IMG/VR virus record: IMGVR_UViG_3300003320_000492
Direction: 5' to 3' (one strand)
Length of the DNA stretch: 64,000 nt
Source of the DNA: a virus
The notes under the pieces were generated by a model that worked only from the letters and a program-made list of their open reading frames with translations, did not search any database and was not told the DNA's origin. Each line of letters starts with the position of its first letter. Positions within the stretch are counted from its first letter, which is position 1. The position numbers were made by a program, and so were the translations under genes. Shown here piece after piece: positions 9,387 to 18,940 of the stretch.

Positions 9387-9526
9387 CACTTATTCCCAAA
9401 AATAGTGTCGTCTGGTCCATCGTTTTCGTCTTCTTCATGGTGATGTACTACAATTACATCCGGTGACTCTTCGTTAGATTCGTCAATTTCAAATAAACGG
9501 AAATCGAAGATAGTTAATCTACCCAT
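9386..9526 (-). CDS. small acidic protein (46 aa)
   Basis: MGRLTIFDFRLFEIDESNEE... Its stop overlaps the next start (TGATG). Below the ORF-track cutoff. Confidence 0.4.
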   Translation of the reverse strand: MGRLTIFDFRLFEIDESNEESPDVIVVHHHEEDENDGPDDTIFGNK

Positions 9527-9540
9527 GGTGAACAATAATC

Positions 9541-9714
9541 TCACTTTGCGAGTACCTTCTTTAATTGTCTGGTAAGCCGAGCAACTTCTTTGCTGTGCTT
9601 AGGAGTTTTTAGCAGAAGATCGAGTAATTCTTTCGCAGTTTCCTTATCCATTTCGATTGTGTATGGTAAGTCTGTTGCCGGAAACTCCATTGTGTAAACC
9701 ACAGATCGTGACAT
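9541..9714 (-). CDS. hypothetical protein (57 aa)
   Basis: The ATG overlaps the phosphoesterase stop (TAATG). Reads MSRSVVYTMEFPATDL.... Confidence 0.45.
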   Translation of the reverse strand: MSRSVVYTMEFPATDLPYTIEMDKETAKELLDLLLKTPKHSKEVARLTRQLKKVLAK

Positions 9715-10487
9715 TAGTACCTCTCACCATTTACCATAAAGTGTCCATCAGGATTAATGGGCACTAATTCAGGAAACACTTCATTTTCATTTAGCCATAA
9801 AATACCGAATGCAGTTCCCCAGTTATTAAGTCTCGCGCGGCCGAGATATTCGGCGGCTGGAATATCCATCATGTGCCCAACTTCTAAGCCTGCAAACGAT
9901 TCTCTCTTATCAGATAGGCCCTTTGAAGACCAGATAAGGGCTGCTCTATGTGTATGTCCACAGACGACACTTTGATGGATTTCGTTTGCAAGGTTAAGCG
10001 CTGTTGCTCCTGGGACTTGAGATACTCTACCCTCATCGCCATGCGCCATAATCCAATTAGGAGCAATCTCAATAGGAGATTCATGCCATTCGATTCCGAA
10101 GTGATCAAGTCTAAGAGCATTTTGGATATTGAATTTATAACCTTGGATAGTAAGTCCAGCGATTCCAGGTAGCCGCCTTTCGATCGCCAATTCCAATCGC
10201 TCATCGTGATTGGATCTAACGAGATCCCACGGCCCGTCGTATTTATTGCGGTAATATTCGAGGAGTTCTCTCGTTTTTTCGAAACCACCTTCTAAACCTC
10301 CATCGAATTCTTGTCTCAGACCTTGTGCCCATCGGCCGATCTGAGTTGAGTCTGTCATATCTCCCACATGTCCTAATCGGACAGGCTGGAAATCCCCAAT
10401 GAAATCTCCCACACGTTTGATAATATTCTCTGAGTGTAAAGGAACCTGCCAATCAGGAAGAATAACTACCGCATTAGTTTTAGACAT
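9714..10487 (-). CDS. calcineurin-like metallophosphoesterase
   Basis: Motifs HVGDMTD, SNHDER, AHGD and CGHTH appear in the canonical order. Confidence 0.8.
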   Translation of the reverse strand: MSKTNAVVILPDWQVPLHSENIIKRVGDFIGDFQPVRLGHVGDMTDSTQIGRWAQGLRQEFDGGLEGGFEKTRELLEYYRNKYDGPWDLVRSNHDERLELAIERRLPGIAGLTIQGYKFNIQNALRLDHFGIEWHESPIEIAPNWIMAHGDEGRVSQVPGATALNLANEIHQSVVCGHTHRAALIWSSKGLSDKRESFAGLEVGHMMDIPAAEYLGRARLNNWGTAFGILWLNENEVFPELVPINPDGHFMVNGERY

Positions 10488-11007
10488 GTGCCCAATTCTT
10501 TCCGGAAAGAAGTCCTGTAATAGAGGCTTTAGTGACTCCGTATCTCATTGCTAATTGTTTATGAGTGCCATAGCCCATTGCATACTCTTCCCTAATAGCT
10601 TTTACTTTAATTTCATCTAGCTTCGCGCTGTGATGATTTACACCTCTAATTTGTGTTCCATGATTCACTCTATCACGTGAATTTTGTTTGGGTGTAGCCC
10701 AATAGATGTTTGTAACTATGTTATTTAAACTATTCCCATCAATATGTGCAGCTTGATGAACACTACTTGGAGGTGTGTCTAGAAAAGCTTTAGCCAATAG
10801 TCTATGGACAGTTTTAGTCAAGCTTTTACCGTTAACTGATAGATGGACAGTGAGATATCCGTATCTATCAATTGTTTGTTTCAACAGTTTGGGAGTTTCT
10901 GCAAGTGATTTTGCACCAACTCCACGTTTACGGTAAGACCGAACTTGTCCTAAGGAAGAAATCTCATATCCTACAAAACCACTAATGGGTCTCCATTCCT
11001 CATTCAT
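10480..11007 (-). CDS. HNH homing endonuclease (NUMOD4 + HNH_3-like)
   Basis: EEWRPISGFVGYEISSLGQVRS (NUMOD4-like), then HRLLAKAF...AAHIDGNSLNN...YWATPKQN. Start set to MNEEW. Confidence 0.75.
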   Translation of the reverse strand: MNEEWRPISGFVGYEISSLGQVRSYRKRGVGAKSLAETPKLLKQTIDRYGYLTVHLSVNGKSLTKTVHRLLAKAFLDTPPSSVHQAAHIDGNSLNNIVTNIYWATPKQNSRDRVNHGTQIRGVNHHSAKLDEIKVKAIREEYAMGYGTHKQLAMRYGVTKASITGLLSGKNWAHV

Positions 11008-11293
11008 TGAACTCCCTATATTTCTTGCGACCGTGAACATGTTGAATGTAAAGATGTCCTTTGTCTGGCGGACCTTGGTCTCTGAACCATGCTGTAGCCC
11101 ATAATTGGGTCGGTCCTTTCCAAACATTAATCACGATCTCTCGATATTTGTTTAGGATTGAAGCATCTGAATATGGTACAGCTTTAGTGTCGAGGCGGAG
11201 AATGAGACCATACACATGAGCTTCAATTACGGGTTCTTCGCAATAGGAGACAGGGCACCGCGAAAGCCATGCCCTGCCTTCCGTAAATCTCAT
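11000..11293 (-). CDS. hypothetical protein
   Basis: 97-aa ORF in operon context. Confidence 0.5.
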   Translation of the reverse strand: MRFTEGRAWLSRCPVSYCEEPVIEAHVYGLILRLDTKAVPYSDASILNKYREIVINVWKGPTQLWATAWFRDQGPPDKGHLYIQHVHGRKKYREFNE

Positions 11294-11535
11294 GCCTCAA
11301 TTCCACAAATCCAGCATCGACCTGTTAATGGAACATCGAATTTATCAGAACATTCAGGACATTTATTGCCTTCACTTTCCCAATTTACTCGAAAGAGTCT
11401 ACCGCATAAACCTTGAGTAATTGTCCCACTCAATGGTCTTTTTCCTTCGTGTTCAGGACAATATGCAATAGCGTGACCAAATTCGTCATTGCTTAATTCA
11501 TATTCGATGTCTACTTCAGGAAGAGTGATGTTCAT
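11290..11535 (-). CDS. zinc-ribbon protein
   Basis: CPEHEG...CGRLF...CPECS...CWIC. Confidence 0.55.
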   Translation of the reverse strand: MNITLPEVDIEYELSNDEFGHAIAYCPEHEGKRPLSGTITQGLCGRLFRVNWESEGNKCPECSDKFDVPLTGRCWICGIEA

Positions 11536-11897
11536 CGTTCTTCTTTCACTTGTGTAGCTTCAATAGGTCCGCTGTCAACGACTCGAACTTCAGCATCAGG
11601 ATTCACTTTTGCATTATCAACCATATCCTTTTTAGACCGAGATTGGAAAACTCTTTCTCCAGTTGCAGGATTATCGTACCAATACAAGAATACGTCATCT
11701 ACCATGTCCTCTTCAGACACTCGGATTTCACCTCCTGCTGCCTTTACTAGATAGGCAATATCTTGTGAGTTCATCCATCCCTTTTCATAAAAATAGTTAA
11801 CCACTCGTGAAGCAATTGCTCGGTCTAATCCTGTTGGAACAGAACCGTAACCATTGGCAATAATGTCCATAACCTCACGAACCATGCCCATGTTCAT
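11532..11897 (-). CDS. hypothetical protein
   Basis: 121-aa ORF with 4-nt overlaps to both neighbours. Confidence 0.6.
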   Translation of the reverse strand: MNMGMVREVMDIIANGYGSVPTGLDRAIASRVVNYFYEKGWMNSQDIAYLVKAAGGEIRVSEEDMVDDVFLYWYDNPATGERVFQSRSKKDMVDNAKVNPDAEVRVVDSGPIEATQVKEER

Positions 11898-12061
11898 TTC
11901 TGACTCTCCAAGGCTTTATACAATCTACTATAGCCATTTTGCATAATCTTTTGTGCTTCTTCGATGATTATTCCAATCTGGCTACTAGGAACAGTGGGCT
12001 CAGTTCGCTCATATTTAAAAGTGACACCATTAACCGTTACTGTAAGTTCTACTTCAATCAT
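11894..12061 (-). CDS. hypothetical protein (55 aa)
   Basis: MIEVELTVTVNGVTFKYERTEP... ATGA overlaps at both ends. Below the ORF-track cutoff. Confidence 0.45.
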   Translation of the reverse strand: MIEVELTVTVNGVTFKYERTEPTVPSSQIGIIIEEAQKIMQNGYSRLYKALESQK

Positions 12062-12239
12062 TTAATCCTTCTAATAACCACTCGAAATGTTTCTGATTCA
12101 TTTCAGGTTCACCAATTAAATAACGAATAGTATTGAACCTGTCTCTAAGTTCGCGTGGACCAATTAATCCAGCCTTATAAGCGTGTCTTGCGTCTTTGGC
12201 TAATCTGATCGCGGCCGAGAATGATTCCTGAGTGAACAT
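12054..12239 (-). CDS. hypothetical protein
   Basis: 61-aa ORF coupled to the DNA polymerase gene. Confidence 0.55.
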   Translation of the reverse strand: MFTQESFSAAIRLAKDARHAYKAGLIGPRELRDRFNTIRYLIGEPEMNQKHFEWLLEGLND

Positions 12240-14077
12240 TACTTAGTCCATCTCTTTCCTTTGATCTCCCATTCGACATCAATTGGCACACCTTTAAATT
12301 CAGTAGTCATGCATTCTGCGATGGCGGCACCGATTTCTTTTGCATTTTCTTCAGGCACCGAGGCAACGATTTCATCGTGTACCACAAGTCTGACGTATTG
12401 GCCGAGTCCTCTTTGATGTGCTTTGTTAATTCCTGCTGCAAACAAGTCTCTAGCGACTGATTGAATCGCATAGTTCGGTGCCGCATAAGAAGGAGAAACA
12501 ATAAGCCTGCGACCAGTAGCAGTATAAAGAATTCCACCTGTTTTCTCCGTATTATCTTTTAGTCCTGTAGCCCAACGATAATAGACTTTGTATTGGTTAT
12601 CGAAAGCTCGGATTGCTCTCTGCACCTGAACCATCGACGGCATATAACCTGTAGTATCCGATTCAGCCATTTGGGTGTAAATCCCTTTGGCACCACCAAG
12701 ATATAGACGTCCAAATCCAATTGGCTTTGCGGCTTGTCGTTGACCCTTATTGAAGCCTTTACCAAATAGAGCTGTCGCAGTAACCTCATGTAAGTCTTCA
12801 CCATTTTTAATTTTATTGATTAGTACCGGGTCTTGCGAGACTGCCGCACCGACACGGAATTCCACTTGCGCGTAATCTGCGGTGATAATAACGTGGCCAG
12901 GATCAGCAATAAGCGTTCCTCGCACTCTCGGGTCATCCCGTGGGAACTGCTGAATAGGAGGATTTGAAATCGACATCCTATGGGTTGCTGCCTGCATAGG
13001 TCGAATATTTGGATGAATTCGTCCATCTGATCCGAGTTCAGCTCGCATTCCCCTAATATAGTCAGCATAGTGCTTATTTCTTTTCGCTTCGAATACCGCA
13101 GTAGCCAATCCTTGAATCTCTTTATTCGATCCAAGATTCATCAGCTCCTTAATTACTGACTTATCTAGTGATGGACGATTAGTTTTCTCCGAGAATTTAG
13201 TCCATTTAACATCGAATGATTCGAATGCCTCGATCAAAGATGCCGCAGCATTAGCATATGATTTAGCTGTTTTGCCCTTAGTAATCTTCCATTGCTCGCT
13301 AAGTTCTTTTTCGTAGCGATCTGCAATCTCATCGTACTCGGCTTCCACACGCGCAGCCCATTCATCGTCAAAGAGAATTCCATCCCTTTGCATCTGCGCC
13401 AGTCTCCACCCGAGTGGTCTCTCGTAATTGTAGAAACGCTCTAAATTGAGTTCCCGCATTTTGTGAGTTGCTACCTCAGCTAATCGCGCAGTAAGGAAAA
13501 CATCCTGTCCGGCATAGATGTTATATGCTGGATTATCGACAGGAATCATCGACCACATGTTGTCCTTATTAAATGCGCGACCAAATAATCGCTTACCTTC
13601 TTCCAAGATCATGCCACGAGCATCTTTTTTGGAACCAGGATAGATATATTCTGTTCCCAATTGCTCTAGCTTATGTCCCGAACCACCTTTCATGATTGGT
13701 CGTGGATCGATAAGTCTAAATGCGGTTTCTGTATCCTGAGCACCAGAGAATGTATTATCGAAATCTAATCCTAGAGCTTGTTCCATCGCTAGGCCGTCGT
13801 AAACCCAATTGTGCCACCAAACTGGACGACCATCTTGCCCAGTCAGATCATTAATCGCTTGCATGTGCCATTCAGGCCGAAGAATCCATGCCTTATCTTT
13901 TGTTCCAACTTGGACGATGCGAACACGGAAATCAGATTTGTATTGATTAAGTCCTGTAGTTTCCGTGTCCGCTGCCCAGAATATCTCAGTATTCCTATAG
14001 AGTTGGTATGCTTCGCTTAGATCGTCATTTGGTCCGGGAACATAGATCGTGCCTAATGGATGCGAATATGTGATCAT
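12239..14077 (-). CDS. polA: family A DNA polymerase (3'-5' exonuclease + polymerase)
   Basis: Pol I motifs DYAQVEFRV (A), RQAAKPIGFGRLYLGG (B) and VHDEIV (C). N-terminal exonuclease-like AADTETTGL. Confidence 0.92.
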   Translation of the reverse strand: MITYSHPLGTIYVPGPNDDLSEAYQLYRNTEIFWAADTETTGLNQYKSDFRVRIVQVGTKDKAWILRPEWHMQAINDLTGQDGRPVWWHNWVYDGLAMEQALGLDFDNTFSGAQDTETAFRLIDPRPIMKGGSGHKLEQLGTEYIYPGSKKDARGMILEEGKRLFGRAFNKDNMWSMIPVDNPAYNIYAGQDVFLTARLAEVATHKMRELNLERFYNYERPLGWRLAQMQRDGILFDDEWAARVEAEYDEIADRYEKELSEQWKITKGKTAKSYANAAASLIEAFESFDVKWTKFSEKTNRPSLDKSVIKELMNLGSNKEIQGLATAVFEAKRNKHYADYIRGMRAELGSDGRIHPNIRPMQAATHRMSISNPPIQQFPRDDPRVRGTLIADPGHVIITADYAQVEFRVGAAVSQDPVLINKIKNGEDLHEVTATALFGKGFNKGQRQAAKPIGFGRLYLGGAKGIYTQMAESDTTGYMPSMVQVQRAIRAFDNQYKVYYRWATGLKDNTEKTGGILYTATGRRLIVSPSYAAPNYAIQSVARDLFAAGINKAHQRGLGQYVRLVVHDEIVASVPEENAKEIGAAIAECMTTEFKGVPIDVEWEIKGKRWTK

Positions 14078-14229
14078 TAAACCTCTTCGTAAGTTCGCTC
14101 CACAGTTTCAGAATTTGAGATCCAGATATCGAGAAACTCCTCTGGGTCAGAATTTAGATATTCTCTGTATTCCTCGTCTGTTAATTCTGCTACAGCTTGC
14201 TTAACAGTAGTGATTACAATGGTATGCAT
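14077..14229 (-). CDS. small acidic protein (50 aa)
   Basis: MHTIVITTVKQAVAELTDEEYREYL... Its stop overlaps the polA ATG (TAATG). Confidence 0.4.
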   Translation of the reverse strand: MHTIVITTVKQAVAELTDEEYREYLNSDPEEFLDIWISNSETVERTYEEV

Positions 14230-14356
14230 TTAATCCCAATCCGGTACACTATCTTCTTCGTCATCAAAAATGTCGTAGATATCTAGCTGTTCGTAATCGT
14301 CTTCATCCATGAATTCTTCCTCATCGTCGTAGAAATGATCCCATGAATCGTTTATA

Positions 14357-14647
14357 TCACTCGGGTATGGCATCTAATTTCTCCCGATCTCTTACGTGTC
14401 CGATAACTGTAACACGTTCTAATGCTTTTACTTTAACAGGTTTCATATTGGTTCTTCCGTATGTGCCTTGTCTTAATGGTTGGACTCGTAATGCCCATAC
14501 AAATCTATCCCATTCCCAATCTTGGAAGATCTCTAATACTTCAGCCTCGACCATCCATTGATGAGATCCTCGTCTTCCGGGATAAACAACTAATGATCCC
14601 GGTTCAATTGGTGTTCCTCGCCAGTCTTTCATTTCAACATTAATCAT
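14357..14647 (-). CDS. hypothetical protein
   Basis: 96-aa ORF abutting the primase/helicase gene. Confidence 0.55.
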   Translation of the reverse strand: MINVEMKDWRGTPIEPGSLVVYPGRRGSHQWMVEAEVLEIFQDWEWDRFVWALRVQPLRQGTYGRTNMKPVKVKALERVTVIGHVRDREKLDAIPE

Positions 14648-16672
14648 TTAGATATTCCATGGTAAGTTTTCATCATTTACATCTTCAGTATTTAATTCAG
14701 GTAATTCCCAAGTAGACATCATTGTCTTCCCGTGCCCAGTTCGTTTAGCAATTCCGCCCATTTCTGAGAACTTTCGTTTGATAGTGGCTTCCGAGAATCC
14801 CATTTCTTTTCCTTCGTCTTTGATATCTTGTGAAGGAACCGGACCATTTTGGAGTCTTGTTTCGAGCCACTCTTCTACTTGCTCTGCTTTTGTTTTCTGA
14901 GTTTGTGATTTAGGAGAAAGGAAACTTTTTGTAGTACCTACATCCTTTTCTCCGGCCCATTGTAACGCAACAGAAGTAATGATTTCATCTCCGAACATTC
15001 CAACAGTTACTTGATTAAGTGTGTATGCAAGCTCTGGCAAATCTGATCGACCTAAGTTATTTTTAGCTTGCATCATTACTTTTTCTTCTCTGTTCTCAGG
15101 ATTCTCGGCTACATAAAGAACTGCTCTTGCTACCGCAGAGAATGCACGTGATCCCATGAGTGTGCTAAGTGGATCAGTCGACCCTGATTTATTAACGTGA
15201 ATCAATCCCAAAACAGCGGCCTGTGAAGCGATGGCCATCTTTACCAATGGCTCCAAGGCTTTTCGTACATCATGGTCTTTGTGAGAATCCAATTTGGAGT
15301 CTACTCGCGACATCAATGGATCTAGAAGAATGAATCCAACACCATTTTCTTTTGCAATCATGCTTAGCTCATCAACATCACGTGGCAGGCTAATTCCATA
15401 TTCATCTTCGTCAACAGGATCAGCCCGAAATACCTTGTCCAAATTCGCTTGTGCTGCAACCAATCTTGGGACGATGGTGAATTCCCATGAATCTTCAGTC
15501 GCTACAATGATCACTCCGCGAGGTTTACCATAATGGTCGCCCTCTAATGTACCCTTAGTAATCTGTGCTACTAAAGTATAAGCCAATGTCGATTTACCAA
15601 TTCCCTCACGACCAGCTAACAAAGCCAGAGTTCCTTCAGCAATTCTATCTTTCCAAATCCAGTGAACAGGCTTCATTATGATACTAGAAGCTGGGGTCAG
15701 TTTAATTTTTCGATTTGGTAAGGACTTTTTGGCCTTCTCGATATTTCCATCATGGTTCAGCAGTGCATAAAGCCGAAGCTTTGTTAGCTTAGTTCCTCTG
15801 CCTACTGGTAATCTATCATCAGATTCAGACCAATTGGTAATTACGAACGGGGAAAAGTCTGCAATTGATAAAGAAATGCCTTCACTACAATCTTTTCCTG
15901 GTCGTACCCATTTATTATCATCGCACTGCAAATAGCCGTGTGGTGCAAGGATTTCGTTCCAGGTGAGAGGAAAATTATCCTCTACTGGTTTTGGATCAGT
16001 TTCGTATTGATGACTATCGGGAATGCCGAAAGCTGTTAATTCTTCAACATCGTGCCCTGGTTTATCCGACCATCTAATTTGGACAGGTCTAGGAGTTCCA
16101 GTTTTGTGATTTTGGCTACCAGGAACTCGAAGAATTCGAGCCAAATCCGCAACCTTATCGACATGAAATCCTAGTTCTTTTCCCTTTTCCTCTAATAGAT
16201 TAGCCCATTCCTGGATTGCTTTCTTAGCTTTCGCCTTGTCCTCGGCATCAGTGAAAACCCATGGGCCATTCTCAAAAATCCAGAATGCCTGTAAGCCACC
16301 ACCTGAATGCATAAGCATCGATGGCTCGGGAAGTCCGGCCACAATGGACAATGCATCCTCTTCGGTTGGTGGATTAGGAAGGGAAGCAGGCTTATGACCT
16401 ACTTCTCCAATGTCCAAATCGGACCATAAACCAGGGATTGAAATAATAGTGGACTCGCCACCACGAGTCGGTTGTGGTTCCCCGTGTGTGCCGACTGAAA
16501 GATAAAGGTCTGCTTTATCTGCGTATTTCAGAATTACTGTTTCAGCGGCGTCAAGCGCGCTAGTTGCAAACCATTGAGTTCTTCTTGGTCGCCCACCCGC
16601 AAAGGCCGTAATGCCAAAGAAACCAGGAGACTGACCATAAAGTCTCTCTAGCCATTCGCGGATTTCACTCAC
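14648..16672 (-). CDS. bifunctional primase-polymerase / RecA-fold helicase
   Basis: N-terminal AEP-like motifs (WSDLDIGE, HSGGGLQAFWIF). C-terminal Walker A LLAGREGIGKST and Walker B FILLDPL. Confidence 0.85.
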   Translation of the reverse strand: MSEIREWLERLYGQSPGFFGITAFAGGRPRRTQWFATSALDAAETVILKYADKADLYLSVGTHGEPQPTRGGESTIISIPGLWSDLDIGEVGHKPASLPNPPTEEDALSIVAGLPEPSMLMHSGGGLQAFWIFENGPWVFTDAEDKAKAKKAIQEWANLLEEKGKELGFHVDKVADLARILRVPGSQNHKTGTPRPVQIRWSDKPGHDVEELTAFGIPDSHQYETDPKPVEDNFPLTWNEILAPHGYLQCDDNKWVRPGKDCSEGISLSIADFSPFVITNWSESDDRLPVGRGTKLTKLRLYALLNHDGNIEKAKKSLPNRKIKLTPASSIIMKPVHWIWKDRIAEGTLALLAGREGIGKSTLAYTLVAQITKGTLEGDHYGKPRGVIIVATEDSWEFTIVPRLVAAQANLDKVFRADPVDEDEYGISLPRDVDELSMIAKENGVGFILLDPLMSRVDSKLDSHKDHDVRKALEPLVKMAIASQAAVLGLIHVNKSGSTDPLSTLMGSRAFSAVARAVLYVAENPENREEKVMMQAKNNLGRSDLPELAYTLNQVTVGMFGDEIITSVALQWAGEKDVGTTKSFLSPKSQTQKTKAEQVEEWLETRLQNGPVPSQDIKDEGKEMGFSEATIKRKFSEMGGIAKRTGHGKTMMSTWELPELNTEDVNDENLPWNI

Positions 16673-16690
16673 GCGCCATCTCCTATTCTG

Positions 16691-17122
16691 TTATGGGTGC
16701 GGAATTGCTTCTAACGTAGAAACTCGTGCACTTAATGCGTTAATTGCATTAGTGGCATCGGTTCGCAATTGGGAGATTGCGTTTGTTGCGTCTGTTCTAA
16801 GTTGAGCAACAGCTCCATTAGTTTGAGTGATCGCGACAGTGACTCTTGGTTCGAGACCCGTTTCCGGAGCCACAACGTAATTAGTAATAGTATCCAATCG
16901 ATTTTGGACTTGCACTTGGAGGCCAGTTTCTGGATTAATAATGTAATCTGAGAATGCAGCCAAACGCGTGTCAACGCTAGCAACGTATTGATTCATCGCG
17001 TCATGCCACTGTTGATGAGTTTGATAACCGTCCGCAGTGGACACCAATGCTCCGCATCGTGGGCATGTAACTAATTGTCTTAGTTGCTTTAGCGCTTCGG
17101 TCACTCTCCAATCATCTGCCAT
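16691..17122 (-). CDS. zinc-ribbon protein with internal tandem repeats
   Basis: Start set to MADDWRV. CPRCGALVS, then repeated ...PETGL...V and AQLRTDATNAISQLRTDATNAINAL. Confidence 0.55.
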   Translation of the reverse strand: MADDWRVTEALKQLRQLVTCPRCGALVSTADGYQTHQQWHDAMNQYVASVDTRLAAFSDYIINPETGLQVQVQNRLDTITNYVVAPETGLEPRVTVAITQTNGAVAQLRTDATNAISQLRTDATNAINALSARVSTLEAIPHP

Positions 17123-17155
17123 GAAGAAATCCTTTCTCTTAATTGGCAATAGATA

Positions 17156-17191
17156 CAGAAAAGGGGGCCGATCCATTTAGGACCGACCCCC
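17156..17191 (-). terminator. rho-independent terminator (minus strand)
   Basis: Imperfect 12-bp GC-rich stem (GGGGGTCGGTCC / GGATCGGCCCCC) followed by TTTT on the minus strand, after the Lsr2-like gene. Confidence 0.6.
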
Positions 17192-17208
17192 TATTCAATG
17201 TCTACTGA

Positions 17209-17388
17209 TTACTCAGCATCCGCAGTAACAGCAGTCGGGCTTACTACCTCACGGCCGGTTTCAGCAGTGAAGAAATCCTTAGCCTGCTGTGAAAGGCGGC
17301 CACGCTGTCCAACAGAAACACCCTCAGGAAGTCTTTCCGAATTCTCTAGAAGGTAAGCGCGAACCTCGCGCGGTGATGCTGCACTCAT
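17209..17388 (-). CDS. Lsr2-like DNA-binding protein (59 aa)
   Basis: VRAYLLENS...GQRGRLSQQAKDFF resembles the Lsr2 C-terminal RGR AT-hook-like DNA-binding domain. Below the ORF-track cutoff. Confidence 0.45.
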   Translation of the reverse strand: MSAASPREVRAYLLENSERLPEGVSVGQRGRLSQQAKDFFTAETGREVVSPTAVTADAE

Positions 17389-17417
17389 TACTTTACTCCT
17401 TTGTTTACTGCACCTAT

Positions 17418-17861
17418 TTATCTAATAACAGTGATACCAGAACTATAAGAATCTTCGCTTAAAAATTCTCTATCTGGATTTAAATCAAGAGAAGCTGAAC
17501 CATCAGCAATTCTCTCACGCTCTACGGCTACTCGCCATTCGGCATATTCTTCACGAGTCATTGGAACAGCCTTACGAATCTTCTCAGATCGAGAGGAATA
17601 CCAAGGATACCTATCTACTTCTTTATACCAAGGAAGATCATTTTGTGAGGTTCCTGCTTTAACTTCGTGAAGTGTGTACCAATTACCATCAACATTTTCT
17701 AGGATCTTAGCATTATTACGATTATTGTAATTATGCCATCTGTGAGCATTCTTTGCTGACCCTAAATCGTCATAGGGTTTAAAGAATCCACGACCATTCC
17801 CATGGTCAACGAACAATGCGTACTTTGCTACCTGTCTTGGAGGGTCAAATCGCAATGTCAT
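17418..17861 (-). CDS. hypothetical protein
   Basis: 147-aa ORF. Confidence 0.6.
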   Translation of the reverse strand: MTLRFDPPRQVAKYALFVDHGNGRGFFKPYDDLGSAKNAHRWHNYNNRNNAKILENVDGNWYTLHEVKAGTSQNDLPWYKEVDRYPWYSSRSEKIRKAVPMTREEYAEWRVAVERERIADGSASLDLNPDREFLSEDSYSSGITVIR

Positions 17862-18313
17862 TAGTGTCCAAGGTGTCTAGTCTTGACTTGGAAATTCTTA
17901 TAGGTGTTATCACCCTTACGGTTGGTCGTTTCCCCCTTGTAGACAACCGCGAAAATGTCACCGGAACGTAGACCAGCATCGATGACCTTATTCATCTGGC
18001 TTTCGAGCACAGTGGAGTATCCACGAACTCCCCAAACAGTGCCATCTTTATCGGTCAATTCCACATAAGGAACTTCGTCACCACCATACTTTGCATCCTG
18101 GGTTACGGTGCCGACATGAGTTACAGTTCCCTGCAATCCTCGTGGCTGATCATCTTCATTCCATGGAACCCATGCCTTGGCATCACTTTCTGACATATCA
18201 GAAAGTAAGTCAAAATCTTCGTTGTCCTGATTCGGACCAGTTGGGTTGGTGTCCATTTCGGACAATAGATCTACTTCGTCTTTTGTTGCTACCTTTGAGG
18301 TACCTGCTGGCAT
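17861..18313 (-). CDS. hypothetical protein (acidic N-terminus, beta-rich C-terminus)
   Basis: 150-aa ORF with a 1-nt overlap to the downstream gene. Confidence 0.6.
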   Translation of the reverse strand: MPAGTSKVATKDEVDLLSEMDTNPTGPNQDNEDFDLLSDMSESDAKAWVPWNEDDQPRGLQGTVTHVGTVTQDAKYGGDEVPYVELTDKDGTVWGVRGYSTVLESQMNKVIDAGLRSGDIFAVVYKGETTNRKGDNTYKNFQVKTRHLGH

Positions 18314-18940
18314 TTATCCAGTCTCCTTTGTTCGTTTGTACCTAATTGTTTCTACTTCGTTAATGTTAAAGAATACTGCCGCTGCGTGATCTTCATCAGT
18401 TTCTCCAGCGAACCATTGCATAAAGTGTCGGAATGCAGAAGCTTTAGCTCTGTCCAATTCTTCAATACTATCCGCCTTTTCCCAATTCCTACGGGAGTAT
18501 TTGATAGCTCCTTTTCGTAGAAGTTCTGCCCAGCGAGTGAGCATTAATTCCGAGTAAGGAATTCCTTCTGGAATGATTAAATCAAAAGCTGGCTTGGTAT
18601 CATCAACATCACGTACCATTCCGGATTTAAAGTGTAGCCGTTTACCGCTATCTTTTAATCCGGAATCTGGGATTGCCGACCCCCGATCGTCATCGACAAT
18701 TTTTTCTTCGCTGTTACTAGTCTGGCTGGGGGTTGCCGTGCCAGGAGTCACACACATCGATCCCGCTAAACTCTCTTCCTGTTCTCGGGTTATAGATAAA
18801 TGTAACATGAATTTAGGACAATTACAATTGTCGCACTTATCAATCCCTAGGGAGTGCATGCCCTTGGTATGTGTGCAAATACACTTTGCATTAGAAAACG
18901 GAATCAGAGGACCTGAATCAGTGCCTACTGTGGCAGCCAA
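18314..18940 (-). CDS. putative nucleotide pyrophosphohydrolase (MazG-like / DUF5664-type C-terminal domain)
   Basis: C-terminal half KGAIKYSRRNWEKA...RHFMQWFAGETDEDHAAAVFFN resembles the all-alpha NTP-PPase fold. The N-terminus is Cys-rich. Confidence 0.45.
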   Translation of the reverse strand: MAATVGTDSGPLIPFSNAKCICTHTKGMHSLGIDKCDNCNCPKFMLHLSITREQEESLAGSMCVTPGTATPSQTSNSEEKIVDDDRGSAIPDSGLKDSGKRLHFKSGMVRDVDDTKPAFDLIIPEGIPYSELMLTRWAELLRKGAIKYSRRNWEKADSIEELDRAKASAFRHFMQWFAGETDEDHAAAVFFNINEVETIRYKRTKETG

